DNA of 64,000 nucleotides, taken from positions 74,897,824-74,961,823 of the forward strand of contig JARDVH010000099.1 of NCBI GenBank assembly GCA_030324005.1, written 5' to 3'. Below the pieces are notes generated by a model. It saw only the letters and a program-made list of their open reading frames with translations, was not told where the DNA came from and searched no databases. Made by a program: the position numbers and the translations under genes. Below are positions 1-11,990 of this stretch, in pieces. This DNA is from Negaprion brevirostris. Taxonomy: Eukaryota. How positions within the stretch are numbered: the stretch's first letter is position 1; every line of letters begins with the position of its first letter.

Positions 1-1333
1 CCTTGACAAAGTGTTCCAGACAGTGTTCAAAAGTCCTCTTCAAACTCCAACAGCAAATGAACACTTCAAGAAAGGCTCAAAATGTAATGACCTGTTTATT
101 CCCAATTAGTTGGTCACTGTTGGACAGGGTTGTGTCAGGTCGTAGTCACAAATGCCATCCAGTCTTATTAATTAAAGCGAGCAGGAAATTAAATTACAAT
201 CAGTTGGGCAGCCTTTTCTACTGTATGCTTCAAATTCTTTAGCAAGATGGAATCTTGCACAAAACATGGGCTTAAACCAGCATGTCAGCTTAAGACCCTT
301 TGTGACCACTTCAGAGGTTCTTAATTGATAAAGTCTTTGTGAAAAATAACCTCTTTGTGGCTTAGATCTCCAGCAAGTCTTGGCAGAAATAACTGTTTGT
401 GACTGTATAACCAGTCCCAACAAAACCTGTGTCCTCCAGTAGCCCTGACTCCTTAGCTCCTGGGCAAAGTAGAAATACTCTGGGAAAGCTAGAAAAAAAA
501 GTTCTTCACGATCAGTAAAAGCTGTCAATCAAGGTGAAGGTTAAAGGCACAAAGCACAGGTTCCTAGTTCTATTTTTTAAAGTCTCTGTAGAATAAAGTA
601 ACACTGCCACAATATGTCATTCCAATCCTTCCCAACAGAATGACAATGCAGATGATGCTAGGCATTTGGAATACATGTTAAGCAATCTGCATAAACAGGG
701 GTCAGAAAATTACTTTGAAGTGGTGCATTTGCTCCCTACCACAGATGCAGACTCTTTCCATCTGCCACAGAAAACTAATTTTTGTTAGATAAAACTGACA
801 TTACCACATATTTCCATCAAAATATATAATATGCAGATTCCTGAGATCTGAAAAAGAAGACAGACCCTGATCCGACACAGCTGCTTCTGGTGGGTGTGCT
901 CTGTCTAGGGGAATCCTCAGTCTACCAGTCAGATGAAATTGAGATTCTGGTCTCCTGCTCCTTGATGCAGCAGTAGATACATTGCAGGACCAGGCCCATG
1001 GCAGAACAGTCACTGGCCCCTTCCTTCAAATTAACTGGATGACATTTCCACATTTAGTTAGAGGAATAGTATGACTCATTTTGATCCACCCTCCCTCTGA
1101 TTTATTATAAAACTGCATGCATCATTATGTAACTAAGCAGAGGACAGAATTAATTTTGGGTCAAAATGCAAGTAAAATTTCTTTAATTATTGACCCCAGT
1201 TGCTTCATTATTTTGGAACAACACCTATCTACTGGGGGACTGCAAATTATGTTTTTTTCCCTAATCAATCAACGTGGGATGCTCATATGAACGCCAGTGA
1301 TCAATGGTTTGGATAGAGAGCTGATGCACAGTA

Positions 1334-2070
1334 TGTTAAGGTATAGATCATAAACCCCAAAAGGATGTTATTAAGTTCAACTAAATCCCAACATTTTTTT
1401 TTCTATTTTGGCATTAGTGTGCAGGAAAGGTGTGTTTCATTCCTGGTGTGATTCTGTTAACATACTAGGAAGCCTTTATCAAAACAAACTTTATTCAAAA
1501 ATACAGTTTAACTATAACAAATGAATTAGTTCAACTTTTATCAAATGAAATACTCAAACATGACAAGACACAGTCTAATTGCTAACCTTTCTCTATTGGA
1601 TCCATTTCAAGCAATATTCTTCTTATAGACTTGTATGCTTGTACTTGGGCTGCTAGTCTTCAAGCCTCCAAAACACCTCTGGAGAGGGTGAGAGAGAGAC
1701 ACACACACACACATTTCTCCTACCAGGTCTTAAACAGCAGTCTCCACAAAGAGCGCAATTTCTTGCTTCTTTCAAGACCCAGCAGTAACTGCTTGCTTTT
1801 ACATATAAGCTTAGCTCCTCCCCATAAGCACATGATTGTCAATCAACCTACTCAGAATCCCACACTGAAACCCCAGGGAGAAAACCAAATAAATAAAAAT
1901 GTATCAGTTCAGATTGAAACAAACACAACCCTAAAAAAAATCACTAGCCTGCATTCTCAACATGAGCTGCCTGATGCCTAGACAAATTGGCACCATATAA
2001 AACACAGCTGAATTTTAAACATACCCCACAAGAAACATGATATGAATACATTTCTTAAAGGCACAGTACA
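1334..2070 (-). mobile_element. Solo LTR (737 bp), Gypsy/ERV-type
   Basis: Termini TGTTA...GTACA flanked by a 4-bp direct repeat AGTA (1330-1333, 2071-2074). Minus-strand AATAAA near 1490 and a TATA-like segment near 1800; internal (GA)n(CA)n tract. Confidence 0.65.
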
Positions 2071-2079
2071 AGTACTATG

Positions 2080-2415
2080 CTAGTAATCCAGCTGGTCAGG
2101 TGCACATCCTGGGGCAAAATTCTACTACAACAGCTGGTGGAATTTCAATTCTATTTATGAATTTGGAATTTAAAGCTAGTCTCAGTAAGGTGACCATGAA
2201 CCTATTGTGGATTATTGTAAAAACCTATCTTGTTCACTAATGTCCTGTAGGGGAGGAAATTTCCCCCACATCTTAACCTGGTCTGGCCTACATGTGACTA
2301 TGGCTGACTCAACTGTCCCCAGAAATGGCCTAGCAAGTGACTCAGTTCAAAGGCAATTCAGGATGGGCAAATACTGGCCTTGCCAGTAATGCGCATATCA
2401 AAGAAAGAATAAAAA
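2080..2415 (+). mobile_element. tRNA-derived SINE, decayed (shark family with LINE-like 3' tail)
   Basis: Shares blocks such as 'gttcactaatgtcct.tagggaggaaat', 'acctggtctggcctacatgtgact' and 'ggatgggcaaa' with the copies at 4609, 40490 and 40880. Confidence 0.7.
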
Positions 2416-4608
2416 GAGATAGTTTTGATAACCAAGAATAAAGTATAAACAAGGACAGAAGCATATTCAAAAATCTTTACACAGTCGTCATTGGGATATG
2501 ATGGTTTTTGGTTTGTCATAAGCTTAACTGAGAACTATTATTGTGAAGGTATGTTCCTTTAGCTATTCCTTCAAACCTATAGATCAATATCTTGAAGGAA
2601 CAGCATTGCATCCCCATTCTATGCAAAATATCAGCTTTCGTTTCAGAGAGGGATAATCAGTGCCCTTTTCATAGTGATATTTAGTATCAGTGCAAATAAG
2701 GCAGCTGTCATCAGACCAACCATTCTTAGTGCCAAACTAGATCCTTCTATCTGCCTAGCTGATACAAGTGCCAAACAAATATTATATCTGCACTTAATTT
2801 TACAGCATGTTTACCCTCTGCCTACTTGATGTTTTGATAGTTGCACGTTTGAAGGGTCAGGCTCCAAGTGCCATCTCATCTCTCTCTATTGCAAATGTAT
2901 GCATGCAGTCTACTCCCATTTCAAATGATTTAATTTAAATTATTGGATAATTAACTCATTTTTAGGATTTAATTCAAGTTTTTAAAAATCTGGAGTAGAT
3001 TGTAGTATAAAAGCTGCTTTGAGATTTTGTCATTTTTCTGAGACTGACCTGTGAGGGTCACAATGTTAGTGTGAATATCGATTTTTGTGTTCCTGTTAGG
3101 AAGTCAATAACAACACAGTTTAGGTACAGGTGTGCTGTGGCTCCTACCTCAGGTTTCTGGTCAAACAGTGGAAAAAATCTGATTAAAATATCAGGAAAAG
3201 TGGCCAAAAATGGAAAACCAAATTAAATTTTGGTTTTAAATCTAATAGAAAAATAAATGGCAGATTGTGTGTCAAACTGCAACATTAACTCTTCTGTCTG
3301 TACTCTATACTCAATGTCTGATCCGATACTAACTAAAGCTGACTGTGACAGTATCTATTTCACAGAATGGAAAGTAAATGTGACTTTCTTTCCTTTCTTT
3401 CCTTCATTTCTTTCTCATCTATTCAAAAGGAATCCAAACTTTGAAATGAAACCTGAAATACACAGCAAGTCAGCGAACATCCACACAAGAGATGACAGGT
3501 TAATTTTCTACTTTTATTTTGTACTTAACATTCACGTAATATTTTGTGCATTAACCTTAGTCTTTTCTCTTTAAACATTTTGTTCTTGCAGTCAAGAAAT
3601 TCTTGCTTTTGTCCATACATCCACTACTTAGAATAATAACGTTGAGAGAGATTATATGAAGACCTTTACCAGAATATGCTTCACTGTAAAAGCTGTGTTG
3701 AACATGACATCTGAATCATGTGTTATTCCTCTCTCCAAGGGGACACAAGTTCCCGATTCCAATCAACAGATTCCTGATGATATCCATGGATTGATTTTTC
3801 CCCATGACATTGCATCAAAACCGTCAGTCAGAATTGCAACTGTTGAAAACCAGCCCACATCTCCTCATAGCACATTTATTATCTCAGTGTCCTTCAAAGG
3901 GGCAATTGTTTCAGCTGGTAGGGAAAAAAATTGAATGCTGTGACAGCAATTTAAGAGCGTCAGCACTGCCATTTTGCTTACTTCAACATACCAGGTGATN
4001 NNNNNNNNNNNNNNNNNNNNNNNNNNNNNNNNNNNNNNNNNNNNNNNNNNNNNNNNNNNNNNNNNNNNNNNNNNNNNNNNNNNNNNNNNNNNNNNNNNNT
4101 TCAACATACCAGGTGATGCTCCTTCAAGACAGAGACCACTAAATTAAGTGTTATCCAACTGCGTTGCTATCTGTAATCCAGCAAAGGAAGCCTCTTCCCC
4201 GCCAAAAGAGGGATGATCTAGAAGGGCATGGCCTCAGCAATGATTATGCTTTCTCATTCTTGCTAACTTCTTAAAAGGGAAACAGATAATAATGTACCGT
4301 GTGCCCCAAGTTCCTGCTATAAATCTTTTTCAAATCTACATTTCTGATGAATTCTGAAATGCCTCAACATGTTTTCTACTTAAAAGCGCCATGGTGCTGT
4401 GAAATGTAAGTTGTGGTGGTTGTCCACCCAGCCATATGGTTAGAGTGGCCCCAAATAAATTAATCCTATAGAACTGAAAGAAAGTTTAAAATAATATTAT
4501 TTGGAGTACAATGTGTTCTCTGACTCTGTAGAAGTTAGAAAGAACCAACTAAAGGGCCTCAATACTGTAGATTGTAGGGGCACTATTCTTTTGTACGACC
4601 CTAGCCCT

Positions 4609-4900
4609 GGGAGGCAGTGACATAGTGGTATTTTTGCTGCATTAATAATCCAAACACCCAATCTAACGCACTGGGAACATGGGTTCAGATCCCACCACAG
4701 CAGATGGTGAAATTAAAAGTCTAATGTGACCATAAAACTTTAGAGAAGGAAATCTGCTGTTCTTACCTGGTCTGGTCTCCATGCAACTCCAGATCCACAG
4801 CAGTGCATTTGACTTTTAACTGCCCTCTGAAATGGCTTTGCAAGCCGCTCAATTCAAGGCATGGGCAACAAATGCCCACATCCCATGATGATTTAAATAA
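4609..4900 (+). mobile_element. tRNA-derived SINE, same family as 2080-2415
   Basis: A-box-like 'ggcagtgacatagtgg', B-box-like 'gggttcagatccc', shared core, and tail 'cccacatcccatga'. Confidence 0.75.
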
Positions 4901-4949
4901 ATTCTGATCAACTAAAACCCCATAGCTAAGTGCTGCATTAGATATGATT

Positions 4950-5008
4950 CCTAGTGTCACAAGTAGGCTTACATTAACACTGCAATGAAGTTACTGTGAA
5001 AATCCTAG
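4950..5008 (-). mobile_element. V-SINE 3' tail fragment
   Basis: 'tagtgtcacaagtaggcttacattaacactgcaatgaagttactgtgaaaatcc' matches the tails at about 20495-20545 (+) and 51262-51325 (-). Confidence 0.65.
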
Positions 5009-5152
5009 GTTTGTGCTCAACTTTCTGTTCAAACGCTGTTCAAATTCAAATCCAGTTTCTGCACTGGTTCCACTACTAAACTGACCAAAGTCTCTAGCAA
5101 TATCTTCTGTGAATACAGCCATAGCAAAATATCCTCCATAATCTGTTTATAG

Positions 5153-5586
5153 CAGTGGTGGGCTACCTGCATCCCAGAGCCACATGGGACCTTGACACAT
5201 TTTGCTGAACATTGCCACTGCGCAGGGTTGCCACATTCCACTGATTTCCATCCATTTTTTTTCCTGCTAGTATGCCTGAAGTGATCCAAATACAAGAACA
5301 AGTGAAGTGAGGTGCATGCTAATTGCTCACAACATTGTCTATGCAAGCCATACACTCCCTCCCTTCCAAAGTGTAAATATTTATTTTGCTTTTACTATTT
5401 GATGACAGTTCTATCAATATATTAATGATTAAGCATTTTCTATAACTCATTATGAAATTGACATTTATTAAATGTATTCAATCTTATTCATGACGTTAGT
5501 GAACAAGCTAATTTCAATCTTGCGGCCCACCAAGATGGAGGGGGGCCACTCGTGGCCCACTGACTAGCCTAGGCTGCCTATCACTG
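5153..5586. mobile_element. Non-autonomous hAT (Charlie-like) DNA transposon
   Basis: TIRs CAGTGGTGGGCTACCT ... AGGCTGCCTATCACTG; 8-bp TSD gtttatag/gtttatgg (7/8 match). Confidence 0.8.
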
Positions 5587-5839
5587 GTTTATGGTGTTTA
5601 CTTTCCCTACTTCAATTCCACCATCTCTTACATTATTCTCCATTGAAGTATCAACTTCTACACTCACCTCTTCTTCCTTATCATTAATTTCAATTGTCCA
5701 AAACTTTAGTACGCATGCCATGTCCTATTCATCTTGCGGAATCTTATCTTCGCCCACCTTCTCCATCCTTCTGTTTCCTCTGGCCCTTTGTTTCTGTGCA
5801 CCTCAGTCTCCATTTGCCCCACTTCACACCTATTTGCAA

Positions 5840-5935
5840 CTAAAGCAAAATACTGCAGATACTAGAAATCTGAAAAATACATAGCAGGTCAAGCAGCACC
5901 TGTAGAGCAAAAGAGTTAATGCTTCAGGTCAATGC
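5840..5935 (-). mobile_element. Penelope-like terminal repeat fragment
   Basis: 'aaagcaaaatactgcagatactagaaatctgaaa...gcaggtcaagcagcacctgtagag' is the reverse complement of the element at 55931-56045. Confidence 0.55.
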
Positions 5936-7849
5936 ATCTCAGAATTAAGTATTTTCACACTTTCATTTCAGTCTCACCTGAAATTCCTCAATTATTTTGC
6001 TTCCCCATAACGTGCTTCAAATTTAAAAATGAGTNNNNNNNNNNNNNNNNNNNNNNNNNNNNNNNNNNNNNNNNNNNNNNNNNNNNNNNNNNNNNNNNNN
6101 NNNNNNNNNNNNNNNNNNNNNNNNNNNNNNNNNNCAAGTGATGGAGGCAGAGGTAGAACAGGAACATTAATATTTTTTCAAAGTAAACAGCTCAGCAAGA
6201 GAATAGCAAGAGTACAGGCAGCTAGATCCTAAAATCCAACTGCAACTTGAACTGCTGTTGAAGCTGAAGTTACCACAAATGCTGACACTAGACTCACCTT
6301 CCGTTAATCTACATTTAAATATCTAATTCCAATTACAGAGCCTCAAGAGGCCTGCATTTTTCTCACTACCTACTAGCTCAGGAGTGGGAAATCTACATGG
6401 CTGTTGTTTTCCTTACATACCACTAGAACCTGACAGCTGCCTACCTCATCAGTGCCACGTATAATTGAAAAAGCACAACTGAGCAATGACAAAGATATTC
6501 TATTATTGGTATTCAGTTGGCAAGGTGATTGAACTGCTGGTTCTGTTTTGACTGTTAAATCAATCAGATGTTTGATTATAGGCACGAGAAACAAATGATC
6601 CCTCACCCTTTATCTGAAAAGAGACCATAGGCAGAAAAGTTGAGAAAGGTGGTAAATCTTTCTATTGCTGGCCCTCAAGTTGGCTACAAGTTCCTTTGCA
6701 AAAGGTACAGTCCATAAGAGATTCCCTGCTGACCCATAGTTTGCTGAGATTGTTGTTCATTCACTGGCAGGTGTCTGCTAAGACACAGAAGTAATTGGTA
6801 GCATATTAGTGAGTGCAGGCAGTCTGCCGATAGTACCTGCTACTTGTACTGACATGGCTTCTTTCAACTTGTATAATTTCAATCATATTTGAAACAAGCC
6901 AACTTAGTGACATGACTGGGCTCTAAAATTTGTACTTGGATGTCTTGTCACTCAGACACGTGTAGTTGTGTGTTTTTTAAATTTCAAGCTGTGTTCTAAT
7001 CCCGTAAATATTTCAATTAGCTTTCTGGCGAATTTGGATATTTTACTTATAGTCTGAATGTAAACATTCCTTACTGTGCATGGGATACAAACAAATGTCA
7101 GGATAATTTAAAGAGAGCACTAAAAGGGCAGTGGAAAAATGAAAATATTCCATCTAGCCCTTTAAGAACTCTATCACATGTAGCTTTCCTTTTCATCCAC
7201 GACATTTGGCCAAACAAATTGTATGGCATGATCCGAGTCAGCTGTGCTTTATTAACACTAATTGATTATAATATTTAAGTTAAGCTCTTGCACAATTTCT
7301 GTAAGAGAACCTTGGGCTGATTGAAAGATTGTATGCTTTGTGAATCAAGTGGTGGGCCTGCAAAAAAAAGGGTTCCCTGCCGGATATTCCAATGCCAATT
7401 GGGATCAAGCCAACAGATGGAAAAGATACTCTATCCTATCGGCATCCTGTTAAATAGGGCTGTAACACTTCTTCAGTTGACATAGATACGTTGTACCCCT
7501 CTATAGTAAAAATGTAAGCTTATTTTTCTTGATTTTTGCAGATAAGTTAGCTTTTATTGATATCTTCACTTTGTTCATTTCCATATAGATCAGATATGAC
7601 TGTAGAACTTTTATATACCTGCAGATACAAATTAGCTGTGTGGCCATTGCTTGACTTTCAGATCAAGCTATCACTAAGCTTTCAAGGTGGTGTTATAGAG
7701 GAAGTCAACTTCACAGAATCAATAAGCTGACTCATACATTTCATCAAGTATTGTTTCTGCATCGCTTCATTGCTCTTACAAAGCAGATACGGTGCAATAC
7801 TTACCTGTTAGACAGCAATGAAGAACATGCGTTGTAAAGTTACCTAAAA

Positions 7850-8268
7850 CAGTGGTGGGCAACCTGTAACCAGAGGTCCACAAAACATTTTGTTGACAGT
7901 GGTCCACACACAGAGTTAACACATTCTGCTGATTTCTGTCCAAGTAATTTTTCTCCTATCATTTTGGCTGGTGAGATGCACATAAAACAAGGGTCAAGTG
8001 AAGTAAGATGCTGATTGCACACAACATTGTATGCAGAGGGAACACGGCTGTCGCTGTCAAAGAGTAAATATTTATTTTGTTTTTACCATTTGAAGATGAT
8101 AGTTTTATTACCATATTTCTAACTTTTGAAATATCGTGCGTGTTAAACGTATTTAATCTAACTCATGGAGTCATGGTTGGTGAGCATGCCCAATTTCAAT
8201 CTTTGGCCCACTGAGACGAACAAAGGCCACTAATGCAGCCTTTCACTATCTTAGATTACCTATCACTG
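7850..8268. mobile_element. Second, more decayed copy of the hAT MITE
   Basis: TIRs CAGTGGTGGGCAACCT ... AGATTACCTATCACTG; internal 'gtaaatatttattttg' and 'aatttcaatctt' shared with 5153-5586; TSD not recognisable. Confidence 0.7.
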
Positions 8269-8589
8269 CAGTATGTAGCTACAATTCTTAAAGTAAATGG
8301 GTTATGTCTGATACAAATCTATAGATCCGTTTTATTTTATATATAATTTGATTTTTTTTGCTAAATTGATGCAGAATGAGTGTCATTTAGTTGTGAGAGC
8401 TTTGTCAGTCCATTATTGCAAAATACAGGTAGCAATTTAATTTAATAGAAGCTGAGGTCACTGATGTCACAGAATCAATGGGTTGATTAATGAAAATAAT
8501 GAACTTATTGCTTTCTGTAACACTGATAATTCTTAGGTTTTAAACATATAGAATTATTATGGAATTCAGAGAGGATCTAACCATCTTCT

Positions 8590-9232
8590 CCTGATATTGA
8601 ATGGCATTACAATTGTTGAATCCCCCATTATTAAAATCCTGGCAGGAGTTACTGTTGACCGGAAACTGAACTGGACTAGCTATATAAATATTGTAACAAG
8701 AAGTTGAAGATTGGGAATTCACCTTCTGATCCCCAAAGCACATCAACCATCAACAAGGCACACGTCAGGAGTGTGATGGAATACTCTCCTCTTGCCTGGA
8801 TGAGTGTGGCTGCAACAACACTCAAAAAGCTTGACAGCAGCCAAGATAAAATCGGTCCAATTGATCAGTACCCCACCTACTGACTTAAGACGTTCATTCT
8901 TCCACCACCAATGCACAGTGGCAGCAGTGTGTGCTATATACAAAATGTACAGCAGCAAATTACCATGGCTCCTTTGATAGCTTCTTCCAATGCCTACCAC
9001 CTAGAAGAACAACCTTTCCCCAAGGGAAACAATGCATATGAAAGTTTCCGCCAAACCAGGTACCATTCCACCTTGGAACTACAGAATCGCTCCTTCACTC
9101 TTCACTGGTTCAAAATCCTAGAACTCCCTGCATAACTACACCAACAGTACGCACTACCACCTTCTCAAAGGCAATGAGGGATGGTCAACAAATGCTGGCA
9201 TAGCCAGCAACACCTGTATTCCATGAATTAAA
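8590..9232 (+). mobile_element. CR1/L2-superfamily LINE 3' fragment
   Basis: Degenerate RT C-terminal text (caaggcacacgtcaggagtgtgatggaatactctcctcttgcctggatg, about KA.VRSVMEYSPLAWM) and tail 'caccttctcaaaggcaatgagggatggtcaacaaatgctggc'. Confidence 0.75.
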
Positions 9233-9878
9233 ATATGTATTAACTACATTTTTAATACATCTATGACATACAGTGGTGTTACAGACTACATCATCATGAT
9301 CACTTTGCAAAATATATATGGGTATACAAAGTCAAAAAGTGAAGAAATATCAATTTTAGTTGTTAGAATGCAGCTAGACCAAAACTATTCCTTGCTACAT
9401 TTGTACAGTTCCACCTGGGCTATCCGACATTTCACCTAAAGTGCGGACGTGCACTTTCCATTGCGGATCATTGCATATTGATCAAAAGCTGGAATCCTGA
9501 TTAACCCGTGGGGATGAGGTTAATTGCATGATCCTCAGTGGTGGAAATTGGGACTTAGAGCTGCCCTAGTGAAAATATTTATATGAAGCCTGCAGCCCTA
9601 CCATATTCCTAACTGTTAGTTGATCCACTCATTTACTACTGTTCTCTAAGCATATCACTACTTCTTCTTTGTTTGGTCTTTTCAAACTACATTTGATGTT
9701 TTAGTTAGTTGTTTTCCAGGATATTCTATTGAATTAAAAATAATGTACACTTTACCGAAATGCATTGCTAGACTATTTTCTAAAACAGCCTGGCACAATT
9801 TAACAAAGTGGACAGAATTGAATGGTTTTCTCATGTTATACGCCCTATCGAACAGAGTCCACTTCCTGTTTTGCACAG

Positions 9879-9931
9879 CTGCACAATCTGATGTGAACCA
9901 AACTGGTCACAGTAAACAACATTTGGTATGA
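9879..9931 (+). CDS. Candidate terminal coding exon of SDCCAG8 (convergent neighbour of AKT3); frame uncertain (LHNLM* or xAQSDVNQTGHSKQHLV*)
   Basis: Acceptor-like ttcctgttttgcacag| ending 9878. CACAATCTGAT (9882-9892) can encode QSD, as in the recalled human SDCCAG8 end (LPSMPQSDC). Position downstream of AKT3 fits known synteny. A plus-strand AATAAA lies at 11187-11192. No upstream SDCCAG8 exon was recognised in the window. Confidence 0.35.
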
Positions 9932-11779
9932 AGCTTATTTCTTCTTTCCTAGAAACAGGAAGTTCAACAAAATGTGGCTGAAATGAATTTCTGTCACTCT
10001 GTGACTTCACTACTTCGAATAACAAGAGTCATTCGCTTATCGAAACTCATTTTCAAATGCAAAGGTTACTTATACGCTACAGATTTATTCAAGTGAAGAT
10101 GAGAATCACTAGCATGACACACTCTTTTTCATAGGGTAGGTCTGCAAGAGACTAAAATGAGAGGTTTTTGTGAAACACTTGTTTACTGGAGCAGTAATTC
10201 TAACCACTGGTGAAATTCTAAGAATCTAGCAGATGTGAGAAATAGTGCAGTTAATAGAGGCCTATTTGCTGAAAACTAGACCTAAAATATCTATTTTCTG
10301 CCTCCCTTTTCAGCCTCCTCTTATGTCATAAGAGCAGCAGACCAACAAATGATCAACTGGACGCCAGCCTGCAACAATATAAAAAATCATTTTAATTGAT
10401 TAGTTTTGTACATATTTTTGATATCATACGATTAAATACAGGTATACTGTGATTATAAAAAGGTCAAGCATGGCCATCTCATATATGTGTACTGCTATCA
10501 TGGTGAGGTTTAATTTGCTCTTCAACATTATTAGATTACAACTTCTGTTTGTACATGAGAATCACTATTGCAAGTGGTCCAAATGCTTGACTTAAGTTGA
10601 AGGGAAACATGTTCCCATCTTGTTCAGTCTCATCTAGTGGCGTTGCTTGAAGTGATGCACATGATTTTATAAAAATGTTTCTTTGCTTCTGCCTTATATC
10701 ACTTTATAATAGTCAATGATCCAGTTTAAAAGTAGATTTTGCTGAGTCCATAGCAGCAAACATAAGCAGCAATATTTGGTTTCAAAAATGACAACCTAAC
10801 TCTGCACACACGAGCTTTTTATTTTGTTTACCAGTTGTGTGACATTTGACCTGGATTTCACAGACAACTTGATATCAGCCTTCTTCAGTATTTTGTTTCT
10901 GTACTGAAAAGATATATGTAANNNNNNNNNNTATGTAAACCAATACCTGTATAAATTATTTCATACATTTATCTCAATTGAAAGCCAGCTGTGAACTTTG
11001 AGATGCTATCAATTCAAAATGTATGCAAAAGGTGATAACTATTTTGATGTTTACGTTAAAATATATTTTCCTACAAGCTCTCGAAATGAGTACCTTTCAT
11101 TCTTATGTATAACCCGATGTAGAATGTTGCTCTGATATAGAATATTTTTGCACTTTTCATTTTACCTTTTCACATTATCAAGACTCAATAAAATGTTTGT
11201 TATTCCCATTTCCCTATTTTACATGCAGACATTTCCCAAATTATTTTCTTGTATCTGGATAAATATGAAAGTGCCATTTCTGTAAAAATAATAACTCTTT
11301 CCATTGTTTGATTTAATCTGCATACAGAAATTGTAGTAATGCAGGTAGCATTCATCACCTCATTTTCCTTTCACAATCATAACTTTTTGGCTCAGTCTAC
11401 TTTTTTTTAAAATTAGAAATAAAATGTCAAATAATTGATGAATAGCAAATGTCACACCCACTTTCAAAGGATCCTGCATTCCCCTCAGGATCAGCTGTAC
11501 CATTATAGCAGTTAACTTTTCTTTGGTAAACTACCCGAGTAATGTGAGATGAAGCGATCAAAGTACTTGGAGAGAAACAAGCTACTAGGAACCTGAAAGG
11601 CATGTTTGACAAATTACAGAATTAGCAGATGAAGGAACTGCAATGGAGATGGTTTTATGGCTTTTCAAATCCATTTGATGGCATTAAGAGGAATGCAGCC
11701 ACATGGACATGTTGCTATTTGGAGGGCTGAAAGAAAAGTGTGAGGTTAAAAAGACACCTTCTGGGCAGTAAGGAACTGG

Positions 11780-11990
11780 TAAGTGAAAGGAGGCATTTCA
11801 CAAGGCAGTCACCCAATCTGCATTTGATTTCTTCATTGTGGAGGAGACTGCATTATAAGCAGCAAATACAATATAATAGTTGAATGTAGTACAAGTAAAT
11901 CACTTTCACCTGGACGATGTGTTTGGGCCCTTGGACATTGAGAAGGAGTGAAGTAAATGAAACGCATTGCAGATTATCACTTTTACACAC
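11780..11990 (-). mobile_element. Penelope-like element GIY-YIG endonuclease relic
   Basis: Minus strand resembles QVK..FTCT.FN..YCI.C..C.LL...E.K.RLGD, with stops and frameshifts. Confidence 0.55.

Noticed and set aside
3982-4117. Direct repeat ttcaacataccaggtgat on both sides of a 100-N gap
   Set aside because: Typical unmerged contig overlap, i.e. an assembly artefact.
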